NCBI RefSeq assembly: GCF_006345805.1 | Contig: NW_021832846.1 | Coordinates: 1 to 55,877, forward strand | Direction of reading: 5' to 3' | Origin: Octopus sinensis | Taxonomy: Eukaryota | Length of the DNA stretch: 55,877 nucleotides | Part shown: positions 22,026-34,705 of the stretch, piece after piece | How positions within the stretch are numbered: the first letter of the stretch is position 1 | How the letters are laid out: each line of letters opens with the position of its first letter | Notes under the pieces: model-generated | Database searches by the model: none | What the model was told of the DNA's origin: nothing | What the model saw: only the letters and a program-made list of their open reading frames with translations | Made by a program: the position numbers and the translations under genes

Positions 22026-24617
22026 ATGCAAAGACAGCTAAAGATCTGAACCTGATTCAGAGAATTTCAAAAATAAATTCGTCGAACACAAACGACATAT
22101 TAGAAAAATATGAAGACTGTTTCGGAGAAATCGGCACTTTGTCAATAACACATCATATCACAGTGGATCCACAAATAACTCCTGTAATTCATCCACCAAG
22201 ATCGGTTCCTTTTTCTATAAAAGAAAAACTCAACAAAAAATTAAAAAGAATGACAGAATTAGATATCATAAAACCTGTTAGTGAACCTACAGACTGGGTA
22301 AATTCCCTAGTCATCGTTGAAAAAGCCAACGGAAAACTCCGACTCTGTTTAGACCCCAAGAATCTAAACAAAGCCATAAAAAGGCAACATTTCAAACTCC
22401 CTACAGCGGAGGACATTTTTGCACAAATGCATAACCCTAAATATTTTTCAAAACTCGATGCATCTAATGGATACTGGCAAATTCCAGTTGACGAAGAAAG
22501 CTCCCATCTTTTAACGTTCAACACACCTTTTGGAAGGTATCGCTTCACACGACTACCCTTTGGAATTCACAGCGCCAGTGAAGTTTTCCAAAAAGAAATT
22601 TCAAAAATAATAGAGGGCATAGAAGGAGCAAGAAATTCACAGGATGACATCATAATCTGGTCCAACACTTTAGAAGAACACACAAAGACTACAACAAGTT
22701 TTCGATCGAATCCGAAAGCACGGATTAAAGTTAAATAAATCAAAGTGTATCTTCTATGAATCACAAATCAAGTACCTTGGGCATATGTTAACCAGCGAAG
22801 GGATAAAACAAGATCCAACCAAGGTACAAGCAATCATTCACATGCCACTGCCAACAAGTAAAAAAGAATTACAAAGATTCCTAGGTATGACAAATTACCT
22901 ATGTAAATTTTTATCTAATTACTCCGAAGTCACAGCACCATTGCGCCAGCTTCTACAGAGTGACACGTTATGGTCATTCGACAAACCACAAATCGAAGCA
23001 ATAAAAAAGCTAAAAGAAATGATTACCAGAAAACCAGTGCTACAATTTTATGATCCAGATCTACCAATAAAAATAACTACAGATGCTAGTAAGCATGGGC
23101 TCGGAGCGATACTTGAGCAGAAACACAACGAAAGATGGCTACCTGTTTCGTTTGCATCTCGTGCAACAACTCAAGCGGAACAAAACTACTGTCCGATAGA
23201 GAGCGAAGCTCTCAGTATAGTTTTCGCATGCAAGAAATTTCATCAGTTTATATACGGAACTCATTTCAGAATCGAAAATGACCATAAACCGTTGAAGCAA
23301 ATATTCAAAAAATCGATCACTAAATGCCCCCCCCAGAATCCAAAGATTTCTACTAACATTACAAAGATATGATTTTGACCTAAACCACATACCTGGTAAA
23401 GAATCAATTGTTGCAGATACCCTATCACGTGCATACCTTGAGCAAAATACTCCAGAAGTATCAGACGAAGATATGAAATCACATTCATGCAGTAATAAAA
23501 AATTACCCCATAACCGACACGAAGTTAAAAGAGTATAAAGAAGCCACTGCAGACGACCCGTCTCTACAGACACTCGTCACATATACAAGAACAGAATGGC
23601 CCCCAAAAGACAAAATACCAATAAACATCAAACCATTCGTATCTGTTCGTGATGAAATATCAATCGTCAATGGTCTTGTTCTAAAGGTTCAAGAATAATT
23701 GTACCTAAGTCATTACGTAGAGAAGCTCTACAGGAATACATACCGGACACATGGGTATCGAAAAATGCATAGAGAGAGCCAAGGAATGTATATACTGGCC
23801 CGGCATTAACGCTCAAATCAAAGACATGATTAACACATGCTCATACTGCATTGACTACAAAAATCAACAAGCAGCCGAACCACTAATAAATCATGAAATA
23901 CCTACTACACCATGGACCAAAGTGGGTACAGACGTATTTCATCTGTCTGGAAATTCGTATGTCACAATTATTGACTATACAACAAGATTTTTTGATCTAC
24001 ATGAAATAAAAGATTGCCAGTCAAAAACCGTAATCAAAAAATTAAAAGAAACTTTTGCTAAATTCGGAATTCCGCAAACAGTTGTAAGTGACAACGGTCC
24101 AGAATTCAATTTGGCTGAATTCAAAAAATTTGCAAAAAATTGGCATTTTCATCACACGAAGACAAGCCCGCATTATCATCAAGAATGGCATGGTTGAGAG
24201 AAATATACAGACAATAAAAAGACGCTAAAAAAGGCATTCAAAAGTGGCGAAGAACCTCAGTTAGCGCTCTTAGCATTACGCACGACTAAATTACAAAATG
24301 GTGCACCATCCCCTGCAAATCAAATAATGAATAGAACATTGCGAACAAATCTCCCAAACATACTACACGACAAAATTGGTATCAGGCCTCACGAAAAGAA
24401 GAAATCAAACATTACAACAGAACTCCCAGAGTTAAAACCACACGACACGGTTAGAATTAAGTTTAACAACAATTGGTTTAGAAGGGGCAAAATAATTAAA
24501 AAACTAGAGCAACCTCGTTCATACTTAGTAATAACAGAGGAAGGAAATACAGTCAAACGAAATAGACAACATATTCTTAAAACAAACAAACACGTTCGCA
24601 TAACAGAAGAATTAGAT
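22026..24617 (+). pseudogene. Gypsy pol (RT, RNase H, integrase), split by several frameshifts
   Basis: RLCLDPKNLNKAI, FSKLDASNGYWQI, SQDDIII (RT); TTDASKHGLGAILEQ (RNase H); HTGHMGIEKC...CSYC, GTDVF, SDNGPEF, NGMVER (integrase). Confidence 0.9.
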
Positions 24618-25753
24618 TCATCATCATCATCATCGTCGTTTAACGTCCGTTCTCCATGCTAGCATGGGTTGGACGGTTCGACCGGGGTTCTGGGAAGCCA
24701 GAAGGCTGCACCAGGCTCCAGTCTAATTTGGCAATGTTTCTACAGCTGGATGCCCTTCCTAACGCCAACCACTCCGTGAGTGTAGTGGGTGCTTTTACGT
24801 GCCACCTGCACAGGTGCCAGGTGGGGCTGGCAACAGCCACGGTCAGATTGGTGTATTTTATGTGCCACCGGCACGGAAGCCAGACGGGCGGTGCTGGCAT
24901 CGGCCACGAGTTGGATAGTGCTTTTTACGTACCACCAGACCAGGGATCTGGCTGGTTCAATTCGATTTCGATTTCGCTTGCCCCAACATGTCTTCACAAG
25001 CAAAGGGGGTTGGCAAGGGTGCCTGTCGTACGGTCGCATTGGAGTATTTTACGTGCCACGGCCACGAGTCGGATAGTGCTTTTTACGTACCCCCAGACCA
25101 GGGATCCTGGCTGGTTCAATTCGATTTCGATTTCGATTTCGCTTGCCCCAACATGTCTTCACAAGCAAAGGAGGTTGGCATGGGTGCCTGTCGTACGGTC
25201 GCATTGGAGTATTTACGTGCCACGGCCATGAGTCGGATAGTGCTTTTTACGTACCACCAGGCCAGGGATCCTGGCTGGTTCAATTCGGTTTCGATTTCGA
25301 TTTCGCTTGCCCCAACATGTCTTCGCAAGCATGGGGGGTTGGCATGGGTGTCTGTCGTCGGATGAGGTTCTATATCGACTTCACTTGCCTCAGCCGGTCT
25401 TTGTGTCCAAGGGAGGAAAGGCATTCATAAGTGGGCTGGGCTCACTTGTCCTGCCTGGTCTTCTCACGTACAGAATATTTCCAAAGGTCTCGGTCTCTGG
25501 TCATTTCCTCAGTGAGGCCTAAAGTTCGAAGGTCGTGCTTCACCACCTCGTCCCAGGTTTTCCTGGGTCTACCTCTCCCACGGGTTCCCTCAACTGCTAG
25601 GGATTGGCACTTTCTCACACACCTATCTTCATCCATTCTCGCCACATGGCCATACCAGCGCAATCGTCTCTCTTGCACACCACAACTGATGCTTCTTAGG
25701 TACAACATTTCTCTCAAGGTGCTAACGCTCTGTCGAGTATGTACACTGACATT
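24618..25753 (-). mobile_element. 5'-truncated RTE LINE nested inside the Gypsy element
   Basis: ORF end LRSISCGVQERRLRWYGHVARMDEDRCVRK...GRGRPRKTWDEVVKHDL* (stop at 25442), a long 3' UTR with internal ~140-bp triplication, and a (GAT)n tail at 24618. Confidence 0.85.
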
Positions 25754-25889
25754 AAACACGCATGAAAAAACAAAAACAGCACAACTACAGAATTCAACTC
25801 TACAAAATAATAAAACCACAAAAAGTGGACGACGAATAATTATTCCCTGTAGATACAGATGATATAAAAAAAAAGAAAAAAAAGGAAGA

Positions 25890-26128
25890 TGTTATGTAAT
25901 CATCACAACAAACATGAACAATCAACGTCGCCCATTGTCTCCCTTGATAAAAGGACTTTCACTTTGTTTCCCGCCAAAACAATTAACTTGTACAACAACG
26001 TCAGTCGAATAAAGTATCTCGTATCGTTAACACGTTGTTTTCAGTCTCTCTCATTTTCTTAATCTTTCATACTAAGTACTCACTACTTCCTTTAATACTC
26101 AATACATTATATATATATAACAACAACA
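25890..26128 (+). repeat. 3' LTR (239 bp)
   Basis: Preceded by the polypurine tract AAAAAAAAGAAAAAAAAGGAAGA and followed by the TSD GAGTC. Confidence 0.95.
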
Positions 26129-26544
26129 GAGTCAACCAAAATTTTGCTAGTGGATTTGGTAAATGGAAACTGAATGAAGACCATCTTATAAATATATATG
26201 TGTCTGTATCCCACCATCACCCTTTACAATTGCTTTTGGTGTGTATACATCCCTGTTACTTAGTGGTTCAGCAACAGAGACTGATAGAATAAGTACCAGG
26301 CTCAAAGAATAAAACAAGTACTAGGATCCATCCATTTGACTAAAAGTTCTTCAAAGCAGTGCTCTAGCATGGTCATAGCCTAATGAATGGAACAAGTAAA
26401 AGATAATGTTTGAAGGAAACGGTCCCCTGATTCCTTGCCATTTTCCTTCTCCATGATGTAAAGATAGCTATTCTGAAAGTCTGTAATAATTTATTGGTGC
26501 ATTAATTGTAATAATAATTTATTGTAATGTAATAATTTATTGTG

Positions 26545-26760
26545 GAGGCACGTGGCTCAGTGGTTAGGATGTCAGCACCATGATCATAAGATTGTAATTT
26601 TGATTCCTGGACCGGGCGACGCATTTTGTCCTTGAGCAAAACACTTCATTTCACATTGCTCCAGTCCACTCAGCTGGCAAAAATGAGTAACACTGCGATG
26701 GACTGGCGTCCTGTCCAGCTGGGGAACACATATGCCATAGAAACCGAGAAACTGAGAAAA
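26545..26760 (+). mobile_element. tRNA-derived SINE with a V/Meta-like central domain
   Basis: TGGCTCAGTGGTTAGG head, GTCCTTGAGCAAAACACTT and GCGATGGACTGGCGTCCTGTCCAG; a reverse copy is at about 34290-34575. Confidence 0.65.
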
Positions 26761-27029
26761 CTAGGCTTTAAAAGGGCGCATTTATTTATTATTTTAATAA
26801 TTTATTGGTGATATTTTGGTCTAAGTATGACAATGGTTAAAATTTTACCGGCTGATTTCCCTAGATTCTTGGCAGTTAACGGAATTTCTTTTTCTTCTTC
26901 GTCTGCTGTTGATTGCCAAACATGCATGTCATTCATCTGCTTGAAATTGCCAGACACTCACACATATATCCTTACTCAGTGCGTGTTGGGCATAGAATGA
27001 GGACATGGATCGCTTCTACTCAACCATAA

Positions 27030-30000
27030 CCCTTTTGATACCAACCTGGTTGAAACCTGCTCTGGCTCTGAGTACAAATGTCTTGTTTTCATAAGTTCTG
27101 AATTAAAATCTTCCACCAAATCTTAGTCACAACTTATGTTCCTAACACTAGCTTAATGATAACCAGTTATTTTACTAAATTCTTTGTTATATTTTACTCT
27201 TTTGATACCAACCTGGTTGAAACCACCTCTGGCTCTGTAATACAAATGTCTTGTTTTCATAAGTTCTGAATTAAAATCTTCCACCAAATCTTAGTCACAA
27301 CTTATGTTCCTAACACTAGCTTAATGATAACCAAGTTATTTTACTAAATTCTTTGTTATATTTTACTCTTTTGATACCAGCCTGGCTGAAACCACCTCTG
27401 GCTCTGTAATACAAATGTCTTGTTTTCATAAGTTCTGAATTAAAATCTTCCACCAAATCTTAGTCACAACTTATGTTCCTAACACTAGCTTAATGATAAC
27501 CAAGTTATTTTACTAAATTCTTTGTTATATTTTACTCTTTTGATACCAGCCTGGCTGAAACCACCTCTGGCTCTGTAATACAAATGTCTTGTTTTCATAA
27601 GTTCTGAATTAAAATCTTCCACCAAATCTTAGTCACAACTTATGTTCCTAACACTAGCTTAATGATAACCAAGTTATTTTACTAAATTCTTCGTTATATT
27701 TTACTCTTTTGATACCACCTGGCTGAAACCACCTCTGGCTCTGTAATACAAATGTCTTGTTTTCATAAGTTCTGAATTAATATCTTCCACCAAACCTTAG
27801 TCACAACTTATGTTCCTAACACTAGCTTAATGATAACCAAGTTATTTTACTAAATTCTTTGTTATATTTTACTCTTTTGATACCAACCTGGTTGAAACCA
27901 CCTCTGGCTCTGTAATACAAATGTCTTGTTTTCATAAGTTCTGAATTAAAATCTTCCACCAAATCTTAGTCACAACTTATGTTCCTAACACTAGCTTAAT
28001 GATAACCAAGTTATTTTACTAAATTCTTTGTTATATTTTACTCTTTTGATACCAGCCTGGCTGAAACCACCTCTGGCTCTGTAATACAAATGTCTTGTTT
28101 TCATAAGTTCTGAATTAAAATCTTCCACCAAATCTTAGTCACAACTTATGTTCCTAACACTAGCTTAATGATAACCAAGTTATTTTACTAAATTCTTTGT
28201 TATATTTTACTCTTTTGATACCAGCCTGGCTGAAACCACCTCTGGCTCTGTAATACAAATGTCTTGTTTTCATAAGTTCTGAATTAAAATCTTCCACCAA
28301 ACCTAGTCACAACTTATGTTCCTAACACTAGCTTAATGATAACCAAGTTATTTTACTAAATTCTTTGTTATATTTTACTCTTTTGATACCAACCTGGCTG
28401 AAACCACCTCTGGCTCTGTAATACAAATGTCTTGTTTTCATAAGTTCTGAATTAAAATCTTCCACCAAATCTTAGTCACAACTTATGTTCCTAACACTAG
28501 CTTAATGATAACCAAGTTATTTTACTAAATTCTTTGTTATATTTTACTCTTTTGATACCAACCTGGCTGAAACCACCTCTGGCTCTGTAATACAAATGTC
28601 TTATTTTCAAAAGTTCTGAATTAAAATCTTCCACCAAACCTTAGTCACAATTTATGTTCCTAACACCAGCTTAATGATAAATAAGTTATTTTACTAAATT
28701 CTTTGTTATATTTTACTCTTTTGATACCAACCTGGCTGAAACCACCTCTGGCTCTGTAATACAAATGTCTTATTTTCAAAAGTTTTGAATTAAAATCTTC
28801 CACCAAACCTTAGTCACAATTTATGTTCCTAACACTAGCTTAATGATAACCAAGTTATTTTACTAAATTCTTTGTTATATTTTACTCTTTTGATACCAAC
28901 CTGGCTGAAACCACCTCTGGCTCTGTAATACAAATGTCTTGTTTTCATAAGTTCTGAATTAAAATCTTCCACCAAACCTTAGTCACAACTTATGTTCCTA
29001 ACACTAGCTTAATGATAACCAAGTTATTTTACTAAATTCTTTGTTATATTTTACTCTTTTGATACCAACCTGGCTGAAACCACCTCTGGCTCTGTAATAC
29101 AAATGTCTTGTTTTCATAAGTTCTGAATTAAAATCTTCCACCAAATCTTAGTCACAACTTATGTTCCTAACACTAGCTTAATGATAACCAAGTTATTTTA
29201 CTAAATTCTTTGTTATATTTTACTCTTTTGATACCAGCCTGGCTGAAACCACCTCTGACTCTGTAATACAAATGTCTTGTTTTCATAAGTTCTGAATTAA
29301 AATCTTCCACCAAACCTTAGTCACAATTTATGTTCCTAACACTAGCTTAATGATAACCAAGTTATTTTACTAAATTCTTTGTTATATTTTACTCTTTTGA
29401 TACCAACCTGGCTGAAACCACCTCTGGCTCTGTAATACAAATGTCTTGTTTTCATAAGTTCTGAATTAAAATCTTCCACCAAACCTTAGTCACAACTTAT
29501 GTTCCTAACACTAGCTTAATGATAACCAAGTTATTTTACTAAATTCTTTGTTATATTTTACTCTTTTGATACCAACCTGGCTGAAACCACCTCTGGCTCT
29601 GTAATACAAATGTCTTGTTTTCATAAGTTCTGAATTAAAATCTTCCACCAAACCTTAGTCACAACTTATGTTCCTAACACTAGCTTATGATAACCAAGTT
29701 ATTTTACTAAATTCTTTGTTATATTTTACTCTTTTGATACCAACCTGGCTGAAACCACCTCTGGCTCTGTAATACAAATGTCTTGTTTTCATAAGTTCTG
29801 AATTAAAATCTTCCACCAAACCTTAGTCACAACTTATGTTCCTAACACTAGCTTAATGATAACCAAGTTATTTTACTAAATTCTTTGTTATATTTTACTC
29901 TTTTGATACCAACCTGGCTGAAACCACCTCTGGCTCTGTAATACAAATGTCTTGTTTTCATAAGTTCTGAATTAAAATCTTCCACCAAACTTAGTCACAA

Positions 30001-31412
30001 CTTATGTTCCTAACACTAGCTTAATGATAACCAAGTTATTTTACTAAATTCTTTGTTATATTTTACTCTTTTGATACCAACCTGGCTGAAACCACCTCTG
30101 GCTCTGTAATACAAATGTCTTGTTTTCATAAGTTCTGAATTAAAATCTTCCACCAAATCTTAGTCACAACTTATGTTCCTAACACTAGCTTAATGATAAC
30201 CAAGTTATTTTACTAAATTCTTTGTTATATTTTACTCTTTTGATACCAGCCTGGCTGGCTGAAACCACCTCTGACTCTGTAATACAAATGTTGTTTTCAT
30301 AAGTTCTGAATTAAAATCTTCCACCAAACCTTAGTCACAATTTATGTTCCTAACACTAGCTTAATGATAACCAAGTTATTTTACTAAATTCTTTGTTATA
30401 TTTTACTCTTTTGATACCAACCTGGCTGAAACCACCTCTGGCTCTGTAATACAAATGTCTTGTTTTCATAAGTTCTGAATTAAAATCTTCCACCAAACCT
30501 TAGTCACAACTTATGTTCCTAACACTAGCTTAATGATAACCAAGTTATTTTACTAAATTCTTTGTTATATTTTACTCTTTTGATACCAACCTGGCTAAAA
30601 CCACCTCTGGCTCTGTAATACAAATGTCTTGTTTTCATAAGTTCTGAATTAAAATCTTCCACCAAACCTTAGTCACAACTTATGTTCCTAACACTAGCTT
30701 AATGATAACCAAGTATTTTACTAAATTCTTTGTTTATTTTACTCTTTTGATACCAACCTGGCTGAAACCACCTCTGGCTCTGTAATACAAATGTCTTGTT
30801 TTCATAAGTTCTGAATTAAAATCTTCCACCAAACCTTAGTCACAACTTATGTTCCTAACACTAGCTTAATGATAACCAAGTTATTTTACTAAATTCTTCA
30901 TTATATTTTACTCTTTTGATACCACCTGGCTGAAACCACCTCTGGCTCTGTAATACAAATGTCTTGTTTTCATAAGTTCTGAATTAAAATCTTCCACCAA
31001 ACCTTAGTCACAACTTATGTTCCTAACACTAGCTTAATGATAACCAAGTTATTTTACTAAATTCTTTGTTATATTTTACTCTTTTGATACCAACCTGGCT
31101 GAAACCACCTCTGACTCTGTAATACAAATGTCTTGTTTTCATAAGTTCTGAATTAAAATCTTCCACCAAACCTTAGTCACAACTATGTTCCTAACACTAG
31201 CTTAATGATAACCAAGTTATTTTACTAAATTCTTTGTTATATTTTACTCTTTTGATACCAACCTGGCTGAAACCACCTCTGGCTCTGTAATACAAATGTC
31301 TTGTTTTCATAAGTTCTGAATTAAAATCTTCCACCAAACCTTAGTCACAACTTATGTTCCTAACACTAGCTTAATGATAACCAAGTTATTTTACTAAATT
31401 CTTTGTTATATT
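27030..31412 (+). repeat. Satellite, about 26 tandem copies of a 169-bp unit
   Basis: GATACC recurs at 27037, 27204, 27373, 27542, 27711, 27879, 28048 and onward (period 167-169), with only a few differences between units. Confidence 0.97.
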
Positions 31413-31564
31413 TAAAGTAATTGAAAGAAACACAGAGCATCTCGACAGAAATATGGTAAAGAAACGGTTAAGGGAGGACTGAGCAAGAAGGAAGCAGGCC
31501 AGCAAGATAATGAGGAGCAATAAACCATGGTTTATGTCACCACAATTCCTACAGGCATATTCAG

Positions 31565-31760
31565 TCAGCAATTCACGCGCGCACGCACACACACATTGTC
31601 CCGCGCGCGAACGTTCTTACTATGTATAACTTATGTGAGCCTTCGCGCGCGCGCATTTGTTTTCCAAGCGAGATAACTCCGTTGTCCTTTGCCATTTCGG
31701 CTCTCCTCATTTCGGAGACGACAACAGCCTCGTTGTTTCTGCTTGGTTACAAAATGGCGT
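31565..31760 (+). promoter_or_regulatory. CpG-rich promoter and 5' UTR of AATF
   Basis: Cluster of CGCG runs (CACGCGCGCACG, CCCGCGCGCG, TTCGCGCGCGCGC) in otherwise CpG-poor DNA; YY1-like CAAAATGGCG overlapping the ATG. Confidence 0.65.
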
Positions 31761-31832
31761 TGAGCGATCTTTTGGATTCTCTCGCCAAACCGAATCCCAC
31801 CTTTCCCGACGGAGACGAGGACTTTGGGGACA
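31754..31832 (+). CDS. AATF: Protein AATF/Che-1/Bfr2, coding exon 1
   Basis: MALSDLLDSLAKPNPTFPDGDEDFGD + A|GTAAGT donor (phase 1); resembles the AATF N-terminus (L..LL.P.P). Confidence 0.85.
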
Positions 31833-31936
31833 GTAAGTATTATACCTTTACAAACCACCACCTCTCTCTCTCTATATATATATATATACGTTTATAAACC
31901 ACTATCTCTCTCTATATATACATATATATATACATA

Positions 31937-32270
31937 CAGCCGGAATTCTGCCTTAAGCACGCCATATAACCCCTTCATAACTTTCTTATTCTTGGGAGTA
32001 TTCAGAGAATTTTCGAAAAATAAGAAGAAAAAAATGTTTTCTTTGATAATCGTGTGAATTTGAGTCTGCAAGACATAAATATGCAAAAGCTTCCTGAAAA
32101 TACCGAAAACATAAAAGATACAAACGTGATGAGGGGTTTTAGGGCGTGCTTAGAGCACAATTCCGTCGTTTTATGAATTCCCTTTTGTAGAACAGAAACA
32201 CGGGAAAAGTTCGCTGAAAATGCCCACAAAATACAAAATTTATGGCGAGCTGAAAGCAGAATTCCACCTA
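31937..32270. mobile_element. TA-flanked MITE (Tc1/mariner-type)
   Basis: Imperfect TIRs GGAATTCTGCCTTAAGCACGCCATA / TATGGCGAGCTGAAAGCAGAATTCC. Confidence 0.55.
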
Positions 32271-32329
32271 TAGTTGTTTGTTTGTACTCCACCTGCCTTC
32301 GTCTTTTGTTTATTTTCATAAAGCTTCCG

Positions 32330-32377
<48 letters not shown>

Positions 32378-33277
32378 TTGTGTGAATTTTTTGCGTAATA
32401 AGATAAAAAAAACCAAGGGTGTGTAGATTTTAGAACATTTATTGATAGAAGGTCTTACAGCTGTTTCTAGGATATTTATTAATTATATCCCTTCGTGGGA
32501 AACGGTGAGAGAGGATGGTTAAGTAATAGTTAATTTAGATAGGATACAAAATAGAGAGTGAGGTGGAGGAAAGAAAAATAGATGTAAGATATGTTTGGTT
32601 TTATATATATACACACACACACACATGCAGTTTTTTTTAACAAACGAAAGCACATGTAAAGTGAATATTGTTATCAAAATTAGTGGATGTCCCGAAATCT
32701 TTATTCGCTTAATATCATCAGCTGGTTTGACCCGGGTATAAAAACCAAAAAAAAAAACAGTGTAATAGGTGTAACACAACATGCTCTAAACGAATATGAT
32801 GAAAAAAATGCGTGATCGCGAAAGAGGGTGGGGGAGAGGACTCGGAAAATTCACATCGTGAATGTTCCGAAAGCGTTTGACAATGCCTGCATGGATTAGA
32901 TTGAATTTGTTGAGACAGATTATTTACACCTGGATGCCCTTCATGTCACCAATTTGCATGGCTGAGAGTTTTGCTTTCCAGCCATGTAGTCTTGGGTTCC
33001 TTAGATGAGTGTGTTCTACAAAAGCACCAAGCCAGTCAAATATTTATAAACATTAATAAAAGAAAATGGAGATTGGAAGGTTAATGAGTGTTTATTATTA
33101 ACAGCAAATTAATCAAGGGTATATTTTTTCCATCTGAAGATATGCTCAGGTCATATAAATTTAATAATTACTCAATATTTACCGAGTATTAATTTAAGTG
33201 AAGATAATTAATTTGCTGTTAATAATAACGGTTATTAAATTCCCATCTCCATTTTCTTTTTCTTCTTTTATATGAAT

Positions 33278-33524
33278 ACTTGCAGTATTGCCCGGCATTG
33301 CTCAGGTTTGTTTTGGCCCTTTAGGATTTTGAAAAGCAAAAATTTTGCATTATGTAGCTTGTTATTCTCTTTAAGTGAACATTTTTCTGGTTGAAATACA
33401 CCGATAAATGACGACACAGCAATAAAAGAAAATCGTAAAAAATAGAGATTTTCATAGAAAAAAAAGCACCTTTTTGATGTAAATAATTTTTGGTGTTAAC
33501 ATGGTCCGATTTGAATATTTTCTT
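33278..33524 (+). mobile_element. Diverged HINE-type 5' fragment
   Basis: ACTTGCAGTATTGCCCGGCATTGCTCAGGTTTG is a variant of the HINE 5' end. Confidence 0.45.
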
Positions 33525-34107
33525 ATAATAATAATAATAATAATAATTGTGTACAGTGCTCAGGTGCACTACAACTCTTATAAAGTGTATATATAATCAG
33601 GTGTAGTTTCGACGGATTTCGGGAAGCATGAGGGCCTTAAAGGATGCAGTGTCATGGCAGTCAACAACTGATGCAGGCAGTTTATTCCACGCTTCAGCAA
33701 CCCTGAGCGTGAAAAAATGTTTCCGAAAGTCATGGGAGCTGTGCTGTTTTCTGACTTTGTAGGCATGTCCACGTGGTTAGACACATGGAGATCGAAAAGG
33801 TGTTCAGTGTTGTTGTGGTGAGGTGGTTGATAACCTTGTGGGTGTTTACCAAGTCCGTCGCTAGACGCCGGAGCTTCAGTGAATCCATGCCCAGGGAAAC
33901 AAGGCGCTCAGAATATGGTAGGTGTCTGATGGAGGGTATGCGTTTGGTTGCACGTCTCTGGATAGATTCCAGGAGGTCAATGTTCTGAGCAAGATAGGGA
34001 TTCCAAACTGATGATGCGAATTCCAAGTGTGGTCGTACCATAGCTGTATACAGTTTTAAATAGATGGCTGGAGAGCGGCTAACAAAAGTCTTGCTGAGTG
34101 ATGCCAA
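33525..34107 (-). mobile_element. 5'-truncated CR1-clade LINE (RT C-terminus, 3' UTR, (ATT)n tail)
   Basis: LYTAMVRPHLEFASSVWNPYLAQNIDLLESIQRRATKRIP...YSERLVSLGMDSLKLRR. Confidence 0.85.
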
Positions 34108-34705
34108 GACACCCTATGGAATGAAGAGCAAGCCTTCTTCTATCATACTCTCAATTTGGTCAACTTGCGCCGCAGGGTCTCAGAGGAGATAGTGTTAGTT
34201 GAAGCCTACCAAACCTCCCATACACAGACAACTTCGGCTTTATATATATTATTATTTATGCACCCTTTTCAAGCTTAGCCAGGTTCAGGGGCCCGGTTTC
34301 TGTGGTGTATGTGTCCCCCCCCCCCCCCCCAGCTGGACAGGACGCCAGTCCATTGCAGTGTTACTCAAGAAACAGGAAGAAAGAGTGAAAGAAAGTTGGG
34401 GCGAAAGCGTACAGAGGTGGCCACCCCCACCCACCACCCATGCCAGAGCTTCGTGGAGCTTTAGGTGTTTTCGCTCAATAAACACACACAATGCCCCACC
34501 TGGGAATTGAAACTGCGATCCTCTGACTGCAAGTCCGCTGCCCTAACCACTGGGCCATTGCACCTCCACACACACACCTATTATTTTAAGGAAATTAATT
34601 CCCCAAAATACTAGTTGTTGAACCAGTATTTCTTCGGATGAAACCATCCCTTCATGAGGTTAACACAACCTCTAATGGAATATGTATATATATATATACA
34701 TACAT

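Larger units (their letters stand above)
20508..26128 (+). mobile_element. Full-length Ty3/Gypsy LTR retrotransposon (Mag-like), inserted into a SINE
   Basis: TG...CA LTRs, a 5-bp TSD GAGTC (20503-20507 and 26129-26133), PBS TGGTGTCAGAA, a polypurine tract before the 3' LTR, and gag-PR-RT-RH-IN order. Confidence 0.95.

Noticed and set aside
24588-25765. Target-site duplication around the nested RTE fragment
   Set aside because: Only weak similarity (AAACACG) that is not adjacent to both ends; no TSD is claimed.
27030-31412. Regular array resembling a CRISPR locus
   Set aside because: The units are fully repeated with no unique spacers, there are no cas genes, and the context is eukaryotic; it is a satellite.
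34621-34665. Minus-strand CTCATGAAG-GGATG/CATCC-GAAG, a hammerhead-like trace
   Set aside because: Both conserved cores are altered and stems I and III cannot be formed convincingly.
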